This document shows, piece after piece, positions 35,301-50,300 of a stretch of 64,000 nt of DNA. The translations under genes were made by a program, and so were the position numbers. Numbering within the stretch: position 1 is the first letter of the stretch; each line of letters opens with the position of its first letter. The DNA comes from Phoronis australis (Eukaryota > Animalia > Phoronida). The notes beneath the pieces are model-generated. The model saw only the letters and a list, made by a program, of their open reading frames with translations. It had not been told where the DNA came from and searched no databases. The stretch lies in the NCBI GenBank assembly GCA_002633005.1, contig NMRA01000090.1:985453-1049452 (forward strand), in the 5' to 3' direction.

Positions 35301-38300
35301 AAGCCACTGTACACTTTTAGGCTCTTTGCTCATGCCTCCATATCCCAAAACCTACTCACACATATTCTAAATGAACGGCATTTTGATTATTAGTTGTCTT
35401 CTGTTAAAAGTATTGTTAACCCGCCTTCCGTCGAAAATTTTTCTTCTAAAAACGTTTTAGTCACTTATGGTTCATTAAATTGATCTCAGTTTGTCCCTTT
35501 CTAAAATTAGACGTATCATTTGAGCCAAAAGTTTGTATTCCCACCTCACACTTGACTAAGAGTGAGACTTAACACCTTCGTTACCGGTGATGGATTTTTT
35601 CAAATACCTTCACTCCCAAATCATTTATATAACCCATGTAGGTTCTTTGGCACGAAAACTCGGCAGCCTAAATCAAGACTTTCATTTTTCCAGGAATTTT
35701 GACCTTTTTGTTTCTGACAGCTGAGTTCTCGGTATAATAGTCCACAATTAATATCATCATCCTGTAGGTTTCAATAATGCTTGACGCTTTAATGCTATTC
35801 AAAAATATTTCTATCATTGCCTCGCCAACGTGAAATACATATGTATTTTCATTGTCTGGGTAGAACATTATACGTACAGTGTACTTTGACTTGACGGCAT
35901 CGTTGATTTGCTTCTAATGACAATGTTATCTATCGTACAATTAATACTAGTGCTCCGAAAATGATTCATTTTTACTCCTTTACAGAGAAGTACCGCTATG
36001 ATTCGTCATATGGCATCTTTCAATATTGACCATTCACATACAAGTCCAAAAATATTCATTTCATACCTATATGATCACAGAAGGTTTCTCTCGAATTGTA
36101 AAACAAGATATTAAATTATTAGGTGATATCCTTGCACCTGTGCCACACGAATATCTGTTATGCATTCAAAGCACTTTTAACGTACATCAAGATCTGCTCC
36201 GTGTCACAAATCTTCCTTGCAGTGATGTGCCGTCACGCACTTCATAAACTGTTCGCCATGCCTGATCTTTCAGTGAGATCTACAGATCCTTGCCCAAACC
36301 CTAAACACTAAGTGGTAAATCACACAAAGCTATGGATGCAGGGACAGACTGCTGTCAATTTTCTCGGATACTGTGACCAACACTGCAACAAGGTGTGTTC
36401 GTGAGTGTGATACCAGTCTGGTTTCTAAGGTTTGGTCAGGAAGCTAGCAATCTCAAACATCAAACCTGACAGCCAGTTCCACGACCAGGCATGAGTTTTT
36501 ATGGACCAGGAAGCTACTTAAGTTGACATCGACTCTTTGGATGAAACCGGCCTAGTTGTCTGTGCAATGGCAACCCTGAATTCTCTGAGATATGAAAATT
36601 AGGTACATGTATGAGTGAAAGTTGCTACCGAACACAGCCTCAGTTCAGACGGTTGATGCAAGCCCTCCTACGTCGACTTTGGTGAAGTACTATAGCCTCA
36701 CACTAGCTGTACATGTATTACAACTCCAGATCCAGAAATGGTTAAGTGTCTCATTCTGTGCACCGGGGCTCTAAAGTCCATACAAAGCAGGGCACCATCT
36801 GTAATGTGGAATGTGTGCCAGTACTCCAAATGACATTGATTTATGCCGCTGTTATCCGACCTGTAATGTCTTATGCTGCGTCAGTATGGGTAACAGCGTT
36901 AAAACAGTTTACAATTATCAACAATCTTTATCAGACGCAACGTCTTGCTTGTTTGTACACCATCTCTGCTTTTCCAGGAACGCCCCCTACAGCCATGGAA
37001 ATGCTAATCGGTTTACCACCACTGTACATATACATGTACTTGAGGGTGAAGTTGCATGTTCAGGGCTTCGTCTCAGATACACGTATAATCATGGTCAGTT
37101 GGTGAAAACTCACATCCCCGATTCCGTTGCACACGAAAGCCTCAGGAATGTGTGCAATAAGCTAATGGTAAAAATTGGGCAACTACGGAACATGCCTAGT
37201 GATGTCCAGATCACCGCTTCGAATTGGTGATAGATGGCCTACCGCAGAACACAACAACGAGGTGGTTTATTAGAAGCATGACTCTAAACTGGAGAATGGC
37301 CAGACAGTCGCTGGAATGTATTTTCTAAGCCTATATGTTGCAGATGCAGAAAGCTGTGTATCGTAGGCAATCTTGCCATAATGTTCTAGGATGAGATCAC
37401 TGCAATTAATAGAGCTGCTCAACTGGCATGACACTATAACACCGAGCTGAGTAATCAGCCAAATACCTATTTTCAAATAGCCTGAGCAGCAATGAATCCC
37501 TAAAGAGACCAAGGGTCAACTCTCGATGCTTGCATAATGAGCTTAACAAGCTTACACTTGAAAGAACCGTCAATATACACTGGGTCAGAGACCATGTGGG
37601 AATTGACGGCAATGGAAATGCAGACAGACTCGCAAAGACAGGAGCCAGCATTCTGCATTGTGTACATGAACCTGCTATCCTGGTATCTTACGGATGCTAC
37701 AAGATGAGTATACGCAACTGCTGGGTACATACATGTACATGTACCCAATCAGCAGCCCTGTGAGCAACAATTAACTACTGCAGAGAGACGGAAGAGAATT
37801 TTTTGAGCTTCATCAAACCAAAGGTTCAAAAAAACCTTCAGAGTCTCGATACACGTCATTCAAATTTTGACAGACCACTGTAACCTAGCTCCACACAGAC
37901 ACATTTCTGGGCCCATGGGCAGCCCAGTGTGTCCCGAGTGTGGAACTGACGTTAAAACCCCTAATCACCTAAGGAGTAACCTACTGGATGACACTGCTAC
38001 ATGCCTACAACATATAGCGCATGACAACAAACGAGAATGTCTGTCCGTTTTCGTAAAGGAGACAGGCAGAATTGAAAACTTCCTTCACGAAGAACCATAA
38101 CGGGGCTCTCGTGTTTTTAGGTCACGTGTTTGGTGCAATGGGCCCAACCATTAGGCCAGCGCACGTCTGATGCACCGCAAATGAAACCAGTAGGTCTTAT
38201 GCACTGTTTTTTGTTATGACATTGATTCTGAGTCTGACAAGGATAACTAATCTCTCAAGCCACTTAGTTTCTTCTCCACTCATTTCCGCAGAGTGGCCTC

Positions 38301-41300
38301 TCTAATCAGACTGGTACGCGATTGTGCGACGTTCAAGGTTAGATTATACTTTGCAGGTGGGATATTCAGCCATAGCTCTCTATGCACCAGCCTTGGCCCT
38401 GAACGTCGTGACGGGTTTGAGCTTGTGGGCGTCGATTTTAAGCGTGGGAGCCGTTTGCTCTTTTTACATATCCTTGGTGAGTCTTTTCAGACAATAACTT
38501 GTCATTGGTTAATACTGCTTCAAATTAACGCTGGGTCAAAATGTATTTGTAATTTGGACCACGTGCCTACATGTACATTAAACTGTTCTCAAATGGGGCT
38601 ATTCGGAGAATTCTCCTCGCGGTGTCGCTGCTGTACTAGTGGTGATTGAATTGCGCATGCGTGGCTGTCTGCATGTAAACAACTGGTAAAAGATGGAATT
38701 TTTATCAAAATACGTCGTCGCGCTAAGCCTTATTACTGCTAATTTCCCTGGTGCAAGTCTTCGACAGGTGGCCACAAATTCCCAAAAGACCTAAGGTTAC
38801 TATATTCGTGGACAATTGCGGTCAACAGGGTCAACTAACTGACAAAAAGTGTGTGGATGCTGAAGCCCCGTGTGTGCTCTATGTCTATGACTATGCAGTT
38901 CCATTCGGAGACTACACAACATTACTTGGTAAGTTTTTAGCAATCAGTTTCTATCAACATCGTTCGGTGATGTTATCCCCACCAGTTACCCCACTGAATA
39001 ACAGTTTTATTGAGTGGAACTAAGTGTTTCTTTTTGGAAACTCACCCGATGCCGGGTAGGCTAGCAGCACATATTCATATTGTCCTGGGTGGGAGTGCTC
39101 CCAAAATAAGAGGTGTATGGTACGTGATGCACAGAAGTCAAGAGTGACTTTTTCACAGCAGTTTCTCTTCAAAACTATGCTGTTTCCAATAAAATTCTCT
39201 AGATGAGTGAGTTTCCTTATTTTATCATGGACCCCACCCCCAGGACCACCAGCTCAGTTATCGAATTAACATGAATAAGCCTTAATTCAGTAAATGTCGT
39301 AACATTGCATTGGAAAAAAATTGACACCTAGAATGAATTTTACTTGTTGAGATCAGAAGCACATTTTAAGTGTCATGAAAAATACACATTGTTAAATCAC
39401 TTTTAGCCTGTTTCACATATTTTAATTCAGATATTAAATAAGACTTGGGTACAAAGGTTATTAGTTTCTACACATAAACATGAAGATGAAATGTCAAGTA
39501 TGTTCTGCCTTACAAAAGTAGTTTTGTCTTGTCTTTTCTTTTACAATTTGCTAATATTTCTATTCTGTTACAGGCAAGAAAAAACAACTGAAACCAACCG
39601 CCTGACCATCTATTTCACCGTTGGACAAAGTGAAAAGCAATCCTTCAGCAATAACCTGAGAGAATTGAACGTAATTCAGAAATTCAGCACCTGATATGCC
39701 TGATTATGGACTCCCTCGCAATGTTGTTTCTTTCTGTGCTTTTTCAGTTTGCCATTTGTTTTTAAATACACTGATAATTGTTTATTCTCGAATCTTGTGC
39801 ATAGCAGATTCTTATCCAGCTAGCTACAATTGAAAACATACAATAAGACAATCGATGCAGTCACTGAATGTCATTTCCCCATAATCTGTACCAAATTGAA
39901 AAGTTTTTACCAATAGTATAAAGCCTTTCTTCTGAAAGGAAAATTTAATGTCACTCAGCTTTTGGCTTTCATTTCACTGGGTTCTAGTTTCAATGGCCTA
40001 TAGAAGCGCTTGTAAAAAAGGTCCAGTTTCAACACGTGGCTTTCTTTCATGTAACCTCATTCAGCCTCAATAACATCCACAATTAGACCCTTGAAGGTAA
40101 ACACAGCAGCATATCACTTGAATCGTTTTGAGCCCAAAATCAGACTCTGAACTAGACCAGAGTGTGACTAGGTCTTCTTTAGCTTCAGTCCCTCATGTTT
40201 CTTCCAGGAAAGGAAATAAGCTATTGTCCACACATGACTCATTGCCTATGAAAGGGCATCCTCACCAACAAGGCTTATTTGTGTAGCAGTCAGATATAGT
40301 TCGTCTGGATACACAGACACTCCACTGGCACATTGTCTTATGGTAACTTAGTACTGCGATTCACATTTCTCCAGGGCCACTGACTTGCACATTGTGCCAT
40401 GCAGCACTGCTGGTGTGTGGAAGTGCTGTGGGAAGAGAACGGAGTAACAAAGCTTGTCTATGATACAGCTTGAAGTGGCCTTAAAATGTCACTGAACCTG
40501 GAACAAATATTGAAATATGAATAATTAAGTACTCCAGATTGGATCAAAAATGTTATCCCTGTTTTTCAAAAATATATGGTGATTGGTCTACAGTTTCACA
40601 TAAAAGTAAATAATTACTATTTTCAGAAACCAAGGGTGTATATAATGAGTATTGCATAAAACTGTGTCTTTATTTTTTATCCCTAGCCATAACAATTCTT
40701 TAAACGCATCACTTGTCTGTAAAATATACAAGTTTTTTGAGACAACTTCAAACCTTTGTTACCCATTTTCAAGCCTTTTTAATTTTGATACTTTCAGCAA
40801 TTTTAAACTCAGATTACAGGTTCATGGGTCTGTCAAGCATACTTCTAGCCTAAGGTTGAGGGAACCGTTTTTCTTCTAATAGAAGATATGAAGACTTGGG
40901 TCATTTAAAAATGATGGATAATCTTTCTGTTGTTTAAGAGTAATTACAAATCGTAAGGCACCATCAAAAATGCAATTTTCACAAAAATGGCAGTCATTTG
41001 AATTTATAACGACTTGCAACATTTCAAGGCATGAGTTAAGACTATTCAGTCACTGTGAATTCGGAAAATGTAATATATTTTCGTGGTTTTACAATTGATA
41101 CAAGTAGCAAAACAGTTTCATGAAATCAACTTGAAGGGACTTCGTGAAGGTTAAGAATTACCTCACCATGCTCTTTTCCCCAAACATGTATTACCTGTTA
41201 TTTCCACACATTCAGTTGTACCAAATATTACAACCCCCCATGCCAATTCTCCCTCGGGACCTGAATAAGTAATTTAACAAAATGACTTTAAAAATAGCTG

Positions 41301-44300
41301 TTCCTTTTCAAAGGCTTTGTTCGTTGTCTCCAATATTCAAAGTAGGCTTTGACAACAGATCTGCACTGGATGGGAAGATCTTGTTGGTTAGCTGCAGTCA
41401 AATGCTAAAAACCAATTTTTGTCCATTCAGGGACGGTGCAGAAGCGATGCATATCTCCTCTGCACGGTACAAGCCTTCAAACCTAAAAACCAAAGGTTAC
41501 GTGAAAACTGACGTGATAGATTTCCATTTCAACGTGTAATAGATTTCCAGAAGACATATGATAGGGAGTAAACAAATAGTCTAATGCAATGGATATTTAT
41601 CACTCACGTACCCTTTGCCATTGGGATTGGATTGTAATCTTAACTCATTAACCTGTATCGAGTTGACAGCATAAACATTCAGCATTGATTGATGTAACTG
41701 TCACTGATAAACTTTTAGAAATCATTCCAAACAATAATAATGCTTTGATGTACGAAAAGATCCCGATTGCTACGTCAAGTATCGTATCACACATCACAAC
41801 ATACAAAGATTAACTCTGGCTGGCGACTGACTGCCGCGAAGTCGACATCGGCGAGTGCCTCAGTTAACAGGCATCAGTGGAATAATCATGGAATAATCGT
41901 TAAAACAATCACAAACCTTACCTTTGTATGAGGTCGCGCTTACTTCCTCTCATAGAAGCACCCTTTTTACGCAATCTCAGATTCAGTTGGCACGGCTGCA
42001 AGCCATTTCACCATGTATTTAAAGGGCTCGCGAAATCGAGGCTGTTAATCTATCACCACTAGTACACGCACGCCCTCTAGTTATTGTAGATTTTCCGAAT
42101 AGCCCCATTGATCCTTCTTTGCCGTGGCCAAAAACTCCTTATTGTCCTGTGACATCACTTTTGTCTTGCGTCACTGTTCCCCTAAGCTCAGTTGCACGAA
42201 AATGTTTCAGACAACACAAGCGTGCATGGCATAAATTTGTGTTTTACACGCACCCATACTTCTACAGGGTGGAATCAAAGCAGTTGTATGGACCGACGTG
42301 CTTCAAGTTATCTTCATCATGGCAGGTCTGGTTGCCATCTTGATTAAAGGCTCAATTGACATGGGTGGTTTCGCCAACGTTTGGGAGATTGCCGGCAATG
42401 TTAATGGAAGTCGGTTGAACTTCTTCGAGTGAGTACTTTAAAATAACACATAGTCGACTTGCTGTGTTTATTATTCGTATGTTCATATTTCCAGAGAAAC
42501 GGAGCGAAAGTTTCGCCCGTCGGTGGTTGGCCTTACAATCCAAAACTAATCAGGCCCATGAAACTAGTGGATCACATCGAAAATTTTGTATCCGGAGCTG
42601 TGCTCATTTCAGAAACTACATGTATGAAACTAGATTTTCTGCACCATGCCGGAAATTCTTTAATTACTCGCTACATGAACTTTTGCCTCGTTTTCTCGGA
42701 TTTTTTGTTTCTCTGAGGCGGACCTTTTGGCCCTCTTCACCAAATTGGGGTGGGGGGCTCCTTCAAGTCACCCGAGCCCCCCTGGGTGTACGCGTGTGAA
42801 GTTGGCATTACGCTTCCCAAAACCATTTCTTTCTGAACAATTTTTAAACCCCACTTAAACAGAAATGCAACATGTATGAGAATGTACTATTATTTTCTTT
42901 TCACAAATAGTTGTGTCGAGCGAAGAACCAAACTTTTGACTTGACTCTGACGTCACTTTTCATGCAATTGATAGAAGTCTTCAGAATTTTTTGTGCCTAT
43001 TGTCTTCATAAGGCGCAGATTGTTTTGTCATACCTTTCCTGTTATTTCGTTTCCAGCTGGAACCCTAACCCAACAGCTCGCCACACTGTTTGGTCTCTTG
43101 CTATTGGAGGAACTTTCACAGCTACGACGCTGTTTGGATTCAGCCAAGAAAGTATTCAGCGAATGCAATGTTTACCGACACTGAGAAAGGCTAAAATGTG
43201 CGTACAAACACTGTAGCATCCTTGCCTTGGAAACTCAGTATTTACTGGTTTGTGCTGAGGGAGAAATGTCCCTGTTTTAATCATCTGCAAATTCAGTAGA
43301 AAAGGCAATTCCTGGACTAGGCGTTCATCTGGATCTCGCGTGGCTACCAGCATATTCGTAGATAACGTCCTCCATAGCTCCCCATTAAAATGAAAGAAAT
43401 CATCAGTCTTTTACTATTAAAATAATTGTGTCGCAGAAACAAGAGTCGTTAAAACGTAAGCCGTTATAAAACAAGGAAATGCTGTAGAAACAACCTATGG
43501 TACATGAGATGACGCATAAAGCGTTTTTGAGCTACGTGTACATGTACTAATAACAGTCCAAGGGGTCAATCTGCTGTCAGGTACTTTAAAATGCACAAAA
43601 GTTATTAGAGTCAAGAGGTGATTCGGAGCAAGCTGTTACAGGAGTGCGTTTCAAGAGAAGTGACTTGAAATTTGAAGTCAAGAATTTGATCTTACACTCC
43701 ACGCAACTATTTCTGAAAAACAATCAGATCTCATTCGAGCCAAACTTCAGATTCTGAGAATATACAAAAAAACTGCTAACTTCTAAGATAATTTTACCAA
43801 TACGTCTAGTCTGTAAGGCGTAAGTAATTGCTTGACCACAAACATTTGTTTAACGTTCTTGAAGTGGGAGAGTAAAACAAATTTCCGTCTAAGGTCACTT
43901 TTCATTAAACTGACCCCTGACCAGCCTTCGCCCGTGCAAGTCACTCGTGTTACTTCCGGCAGCAGAACTTCCTGAAGATGGAAAACGCAATGTTCTGTTG
44001 AAGATTCTTACTTCTACGCCAGCTGTGACCGTGCATATTACTTTCCGCTTATTTTTTGTTTAATTTCAAATTGTACTGCGCGAACGGGAACACGGCGAGT
44101 CTGGGCATCCTGCGCGTTTTAAGTTGTCATGTAAACACGGCATTACACGTAATTATGAAAGCCGATCTGCAACATTCAAATTTTCACGTGTACTTCCAGA
44201 GCCATGCTTCTGACCGGACCGGGAATAGCGCTTATTATCATCGTTGGCTCATCGGTTGGTCTTGTTGTCTACGCACATTATGAGTCATGTGATCCAATCG

Positions 44301-47300
44301 CAAACAAGGATATACTTTTGGCGGACCAGGTAATTTGCGTTCAGAGAAACGAGATAGATAGTGGCCTCCCGTGACACGGGCGGCACGGCACTGAAAAAAG
44401 TGGGGCTATAGCATCCCGTAGCCCCCTATGGTATGCCGGCCGTGCGTGATTATGAAAGACGTTTGAGGAATGTTTGGATTTTTTCTCGCACTTTAGTTGT
44501 AATTTTTACAGGTACAAAGACACACTTATCATTAAGAATCATTTTCTTTTAAAATTCCACCAACCTTCCTCCTTGCGCCCTGTCTGCTTCGTTCAGCCCT
44601 TCCTCTCTCTTCACGCCTTGCTCCCTCGGCAACCCAACCTCACCTCACTCCAACCATCTCCTCTTTCCTTCCTTTTCATTATCTTTCCTGATGAAATGAT
44701 ACGATTGTGTACGTGTCTACAGGTACTCCCATTTTACGTGATGGACAATTTTTCCACTATCACGGGGTTCCCGGGACTGTTTGCGGCTTGTATATTCAGC
44801 GGGGCACTAAGGTAAGCAAAATAAAAAAATAAATAAACGGCTACGAAGAACGATTAATATACCAGGAATTACCTGAGACCTGCTTAATGAAGGCTATCTA
44901 GGACCCCAGAGAAACGTCCGAATTCGGCTAACTTCGGAGCATTACACTTCATTGGTCTAACCAATGAAATGGTAAGTTACTCTGCCGCACGGTACTCTAA
45001 AACTCCTTTACAAATATCATTGTTCTTTATAATCTGATCCACTTTGACATCATGAGCTATCGAAATTTGAACGGAACTGTTATGAATTGATGACAAAATG
45101 AAAAGCTGTATGAAACGAAGCGAAATGACAATAGAAAACTGCCTCAACTTTTTGACATTTCATCGTGAATATTTATATTGAGGACAATTTGATTTTGATT
45201 TTGTTATTGATCCCGTTGTTGTCTTATGACTTTCTTTGTTACTACATTTTACTATAAAGTTATTATCATGAGTCCCAATCAAGTGAAAAGTCAAATTCTA
45301 CAGACTTTTTACTTTCAGTTGAGTTAAGATGTATAGTTCTGTGTGACTGAACTCACTGACTTTCCGATGGTGTCCTACGTGTACATGCACTTTAGCTTAC
45401 GACAAAAATTTGGTCTTACGCCTCCATTTCACAACTGTTGTATGAACGTTGAGGCAACGCACGACAGTCTAGAAAAAAAATAGGGAAATTTTGTCGAAAT
45501 AACCATAAATTCTGCTTGTGTTCTCAGAAACTTGCATTTTGTTCATATGAGATTAAAGTACCTTTCAGAAAGAGTTGTGCGGAGCAATGGTAAGACAAAA
45601 TTTTTGATTGAAGTCCGAGGTTACTTTTCACGAAATACTGTAGACTCCTGGAGTCTTTTGTTCGGGGAATTGGTGGACAGAATGTTTTGTAAGGAAGTGC
45701 ACCTCAGAGATGAAAAATGCCACTGGCTGGAGACTTAAACAGTGGCGCCTACTGTTGGTAGGAATAAGAAGACACCATGGTGACGTAAATTGTGAGTTTC
45801 TAGTTGCGATAAAGTGCCCTAAATAGAATACGATTTTTACATGGGCTTTAAAGAGTTGGCCACGAAAAGTGATAATACAGATATCAAAATCATTAATAAA
45901 AAGCTTCATACGAGTAGGGTTTCATAATAAATTCAACAAAATTTCTGTTGTAGTTCCGTTTCCTCTGTGTGGAATTCACTCGCTGCCCTGACGCTTACGG
46001 AGGTCAACAAATTTAGGAAGGAACCGATAAAAGACCGCCAGGCGGCGCTAGTCGCAAAGATAATATGTAACGTTTCCCTTGGATTCTGTGGTTTTCCGAT
46101 CTGTAAAGAAAAATGACATCATGAGCGGGTTTTAGATCGACTGAATCATTGTCAGAATTGACCTATCGCCAGGACTTTGAGTGACGGCTTAACTGACCAT
46201 TTAGAACTCATCATTCTTGACACACCTTAGTTTCCAAGCCGCCATTTTACCCGACAAACAACACGTTGCCAGGTAAAACTTATTGTTTGTTAGTCGACAT
46301 TACGCAAGAGGTCGGAGCTCGCGATAGGTCTATCATTCGACAACGTCGGTGGATCGACACCAATTGATATTTTGTGGAAATTTAGCTGCTAGGATAGAAA
46401 AGAAATATAGCCGAAAATCAATGTATTTATTTGCAGCTTTATGCTCCGAACTTTGTCGAATTTTGTTGTCCAGTTTATTTCGAAAACTACTGTGAGAACA
46501 TGTGACCGTAGTGAAACGTAAGTTACGTAACATGTTAAAAAAAACTAGTCAAAAATCGCTCGTTTTGAAGAATCATTTTATTTCTTACATACTTTTTCTT
46601 ACATTTACGAGGCGAGTTTTTCAAATTCGCTTCGTAATGTTTTCGCTAAATTCCACTCCACGATGGTAGACCATGGGTACTAGGCTTCCCTTCCGACGAG
46701 TGGTTGGGCCCATCTAGCGGACATGCTTTACTCATGTGCTCCAGGATGGACTATGAACACTCACCTCACACAGTATTACCTGCTTGAGAAATCAATTCTG
46801 TGCTCGTTCACGCTGGTCCCTTTTCACTTTAAAATTCGCCTAACTATATTGATATCTAATATCCTACTAAATATCAATTTTTGAAAATTCTCTTCTAAAA
46901 AACACATTTCCGACAAAATTCAGCTGCGAGAATTGGCAAATTTATAATAAAATTGTAAAAAAAATAAAGGATTTTGTTTGATATCTTTGGTCAAAACGTA
47001 TAGCTTCAAGTAAATGGGAAATTTGATTCTTAGTAAAAAAGTAACTAAACGGACGGAGAAGATAAAAGTCTCTTTTGTCCTGGAGGTTGTTAAACGCGTT
47101 GTTGGCTCCCTGACCCAGTAAGACTCGATAATGTTTTTGCTATACCGGTAATTAAGTTAATTACGTAGTGTAAACTCAGACGACATTGCGCCTCAATGTT
47201 GGAAAATGTTGTACTCCTCAGCCACGTACTACGTGGCTAAGGAGTGTACATACAATGTAGGTTACATAGGCCGGAAACAAGTTTTCACCGAATAATTAGC

Positions 47301-50300
47301 CAGAGACCTTGGGACTTTCATCTGTCACGATTTAATTGGCTTTTCCTCGGCTTCGGCAAATCAACTTATTTTGAACTTGCGAACACGAGTTCTCGAAAAC
47401 GGCTCTGTAGGTTTCGTTGAAACTTTCCGAAATTAATATTTGTTTATCAAACTCAAAAGCACTGTTAGGATTTTCGATATGAAGGCCTAGTTTTTGTGTA
47501 ATGCATCAAAGGCGAAAACGACTCCTATTTTTTCCAAAAATACCTTACGTTTTGCGAGTTGATTTGTAAATGAAACCTAATGAAAAAGTAATTGAAAATT
47601 CCTAACAGCATTTTTGAGATAACTTGAGAAATGGGGTGATCTTGCTATGGATGCGCTTTCTTAGAAACGAAATTTTGAATTAAAAAGGTGAAACTTGATA
47701 GTAGTAATGTCACATGAATATAAAACATTTTTGTATTCCTTGAACTTTTTTCTTTTGGAAAGGATTTACTTTTACTAGTTGACAATGCCTAGCGTTTTGA
47801 TACAGAAGTTAGTATAGCGGCCACTAGATAAGGTTTGAGAAAAGTTTAAGCAAATCCTAACTGTACACCAGGAGGCAAGCTAAGAATTATAATGACGTCG
47901 CGTACGACATTAGATGAAACTATATAATACTGAGCCTTGGTTTTAATACTTCCTTTGTTGCTGGGAGTGAAGTTCGCGCACAAGCGGATGTGAATTACCT
48001 CCGAAAGTCAGTTTGAGGTTTCGAAAATACACGATGCTTTCCCTATGGTTTATCTTAGTTGTAGTTCTATTGTTCGAAGTATTTTTGTTGTTCACATCTT
48101 TCAGAATTTTATAAATTTTGGCTACACGTTTCAGCTTTCACCTACGGTCTTGTGGGTATCTGTTTTGCATTTGCCGCCGGTCACATGGGTGGGATACTCC
48201 AATCTGCAATTGTGTTATCCGGAACAGTAGGAGGCGTTATGGTCGGCCTGTTATTTCTTGGAATTCTTTTTCCCCACTGCAGCTACAAGGTACGAATATG
48301 GTCGTGTTGATGCAATTTCAAATACTTTGAAGACTATAATTAGAACTTCAACATTATACAGATATTGACCGATACACGACTACCGATGCCGTTTCGTCTG
48401 ATATTTCGCCTCTTGAGACGAGCTACGTATGGCATCATCTTTTTGCTCCGTGGTCAGAGTTCATGGTTTTTATATCGTATTATTGGTCATATCTTAAGTA
48501 GGCATCGGCGCGGCATGCATGAAAAGTTAAAATTCACGCAAAGTCGGTCATTATTACGCTATATTAGACGTCGGACAACGGTTTAGTCAACCAGGGAACA
48601 GTGATCTTATGCTTCGACACTCAAAACAAGAAATTGTTCCCCAAAAGGAATTGTTGAGATCTTCACAAAGCAGGATATGCTGCAAAGTTGACGATATGTG
48701 TGTACACTGTACGTACATGTAGGCCTACTTCAACTGTTCTGCTAGTCATTTACGACTTTCTGCCATTGATTGTGAAGCTTTGTTAGTTTGCACGGCATAC
48801 TTGCTTCCTATGATCCCTTAGTGTTTTGACCCATTCATGCACACAGAAAGTACTGAACAAGTCCTGAGCCGGACGGTCGTCTTGTACTCGGCCATTTAAG
48901 AAATGAATTTATAACAATTAAGACACGTGTTAATATACTTCGTATTATATTGATTGCTACATCAACAAATTTAAGTGACTGATTTTGAACTTTGAGCAAC
49001 AGCAACGATAATCTACGAAGTCAAATCTCTTGTCTACCAGCCATCTGTTACATATTTGTGTAGCTTATATTTTAACCATTTTCTAGAGTGCTTACGTTAG
49101 CTCCATGACTGCTTCAGCATTCATGCTTTGGATCTTCATTGGTTCAAGAATCTATCCTCCGCTTCCTCAGTACCACCTCCCAAGATCAACGGAGGGATGT
49201 GCGACGCTGAACGGCAGCTATCTTAACGCCAGCTCTTTCAACGGCAGCGTTTTTAACGGCAGCCATTTTAACGAGCCCAGATACAGGATCATATTGCCAG
49301 AAGAGGTTGTTACGTCAGTTTCTACTACAAACGAATCTTCCGTTGACAGAGAACGGTGCGGTTCTTGCGGATTTTTAGTTGCTTCCAACTCGTCCTCCTT
49401 TCGAAGACAAAAAATGACTTTTGACCACGTACATGTACCTTTATAAAATTGGTCTCGGCTCCTCATTCCGATTGAAAGTAATGTCTGAGTTTGATAAAGA
49501 CACCCTTGCCACCATCGGTGTCTAACCTAATGTGCTTTCTTCCGAAACCCAAAAGTCACTAATAATATAATCACAAGGAACAAATTCGGCCGATTTATAA
49601 TGGATTGCGTCTGAACTACTGAGATACGGCAGGCAGAAAGACTGGATTTTGTCAGATTTAACATTGATATTAACATCTGTCACATGACACAGTGTACCAT
49701 GTTTGTACTTGCTTGCGCTAAAGAAATGCCACAAACCTAATACATTTGAACATTGTCTCATATCTTTGTTTCGACGGTTGCTCAGTTTTATCTCACTGCA
49801 TTGGATCGTGACTAAACCTTCCTCATGTTGGGATACTGCCTGCCGCCTGCGTGCAATACGTGAACATGTCTACGACGTGGGTAAACCGCGCATAGTTATA
49901 AACACACCAAAGCCTAGACAAGTAGGGGCGAGAATATTGTTGTTTTCGACATACATGTTACAAAAATTTTATTCTCGAACTACAGATCTGGAAACACCTG
50001 TCTTTTTCATGTATTATTGCCTCTGTGAAATTATGCCGTTCGTACTAACTTCGCAAGTAATAGTGTACTATTCAAGAAGAAGGTGATTGAAACTCTCGTC
50101 ATCAAGTTAACGATATATGCCAAATACGTTTTTCACTTTAGAAATGATCTGAAAATATCAGTTTGTGGCATAATGTCGCCGTCTGTCATCTACTTTTTAC
50201 TTTCAACGTAAGCTATACTTACAGTGTTCTTAAAAATTGGATTCAAATTGTTCATTGGTCAAATTAGAGGTGATTTATGGGCTTGGAATAGTCTCAACAA

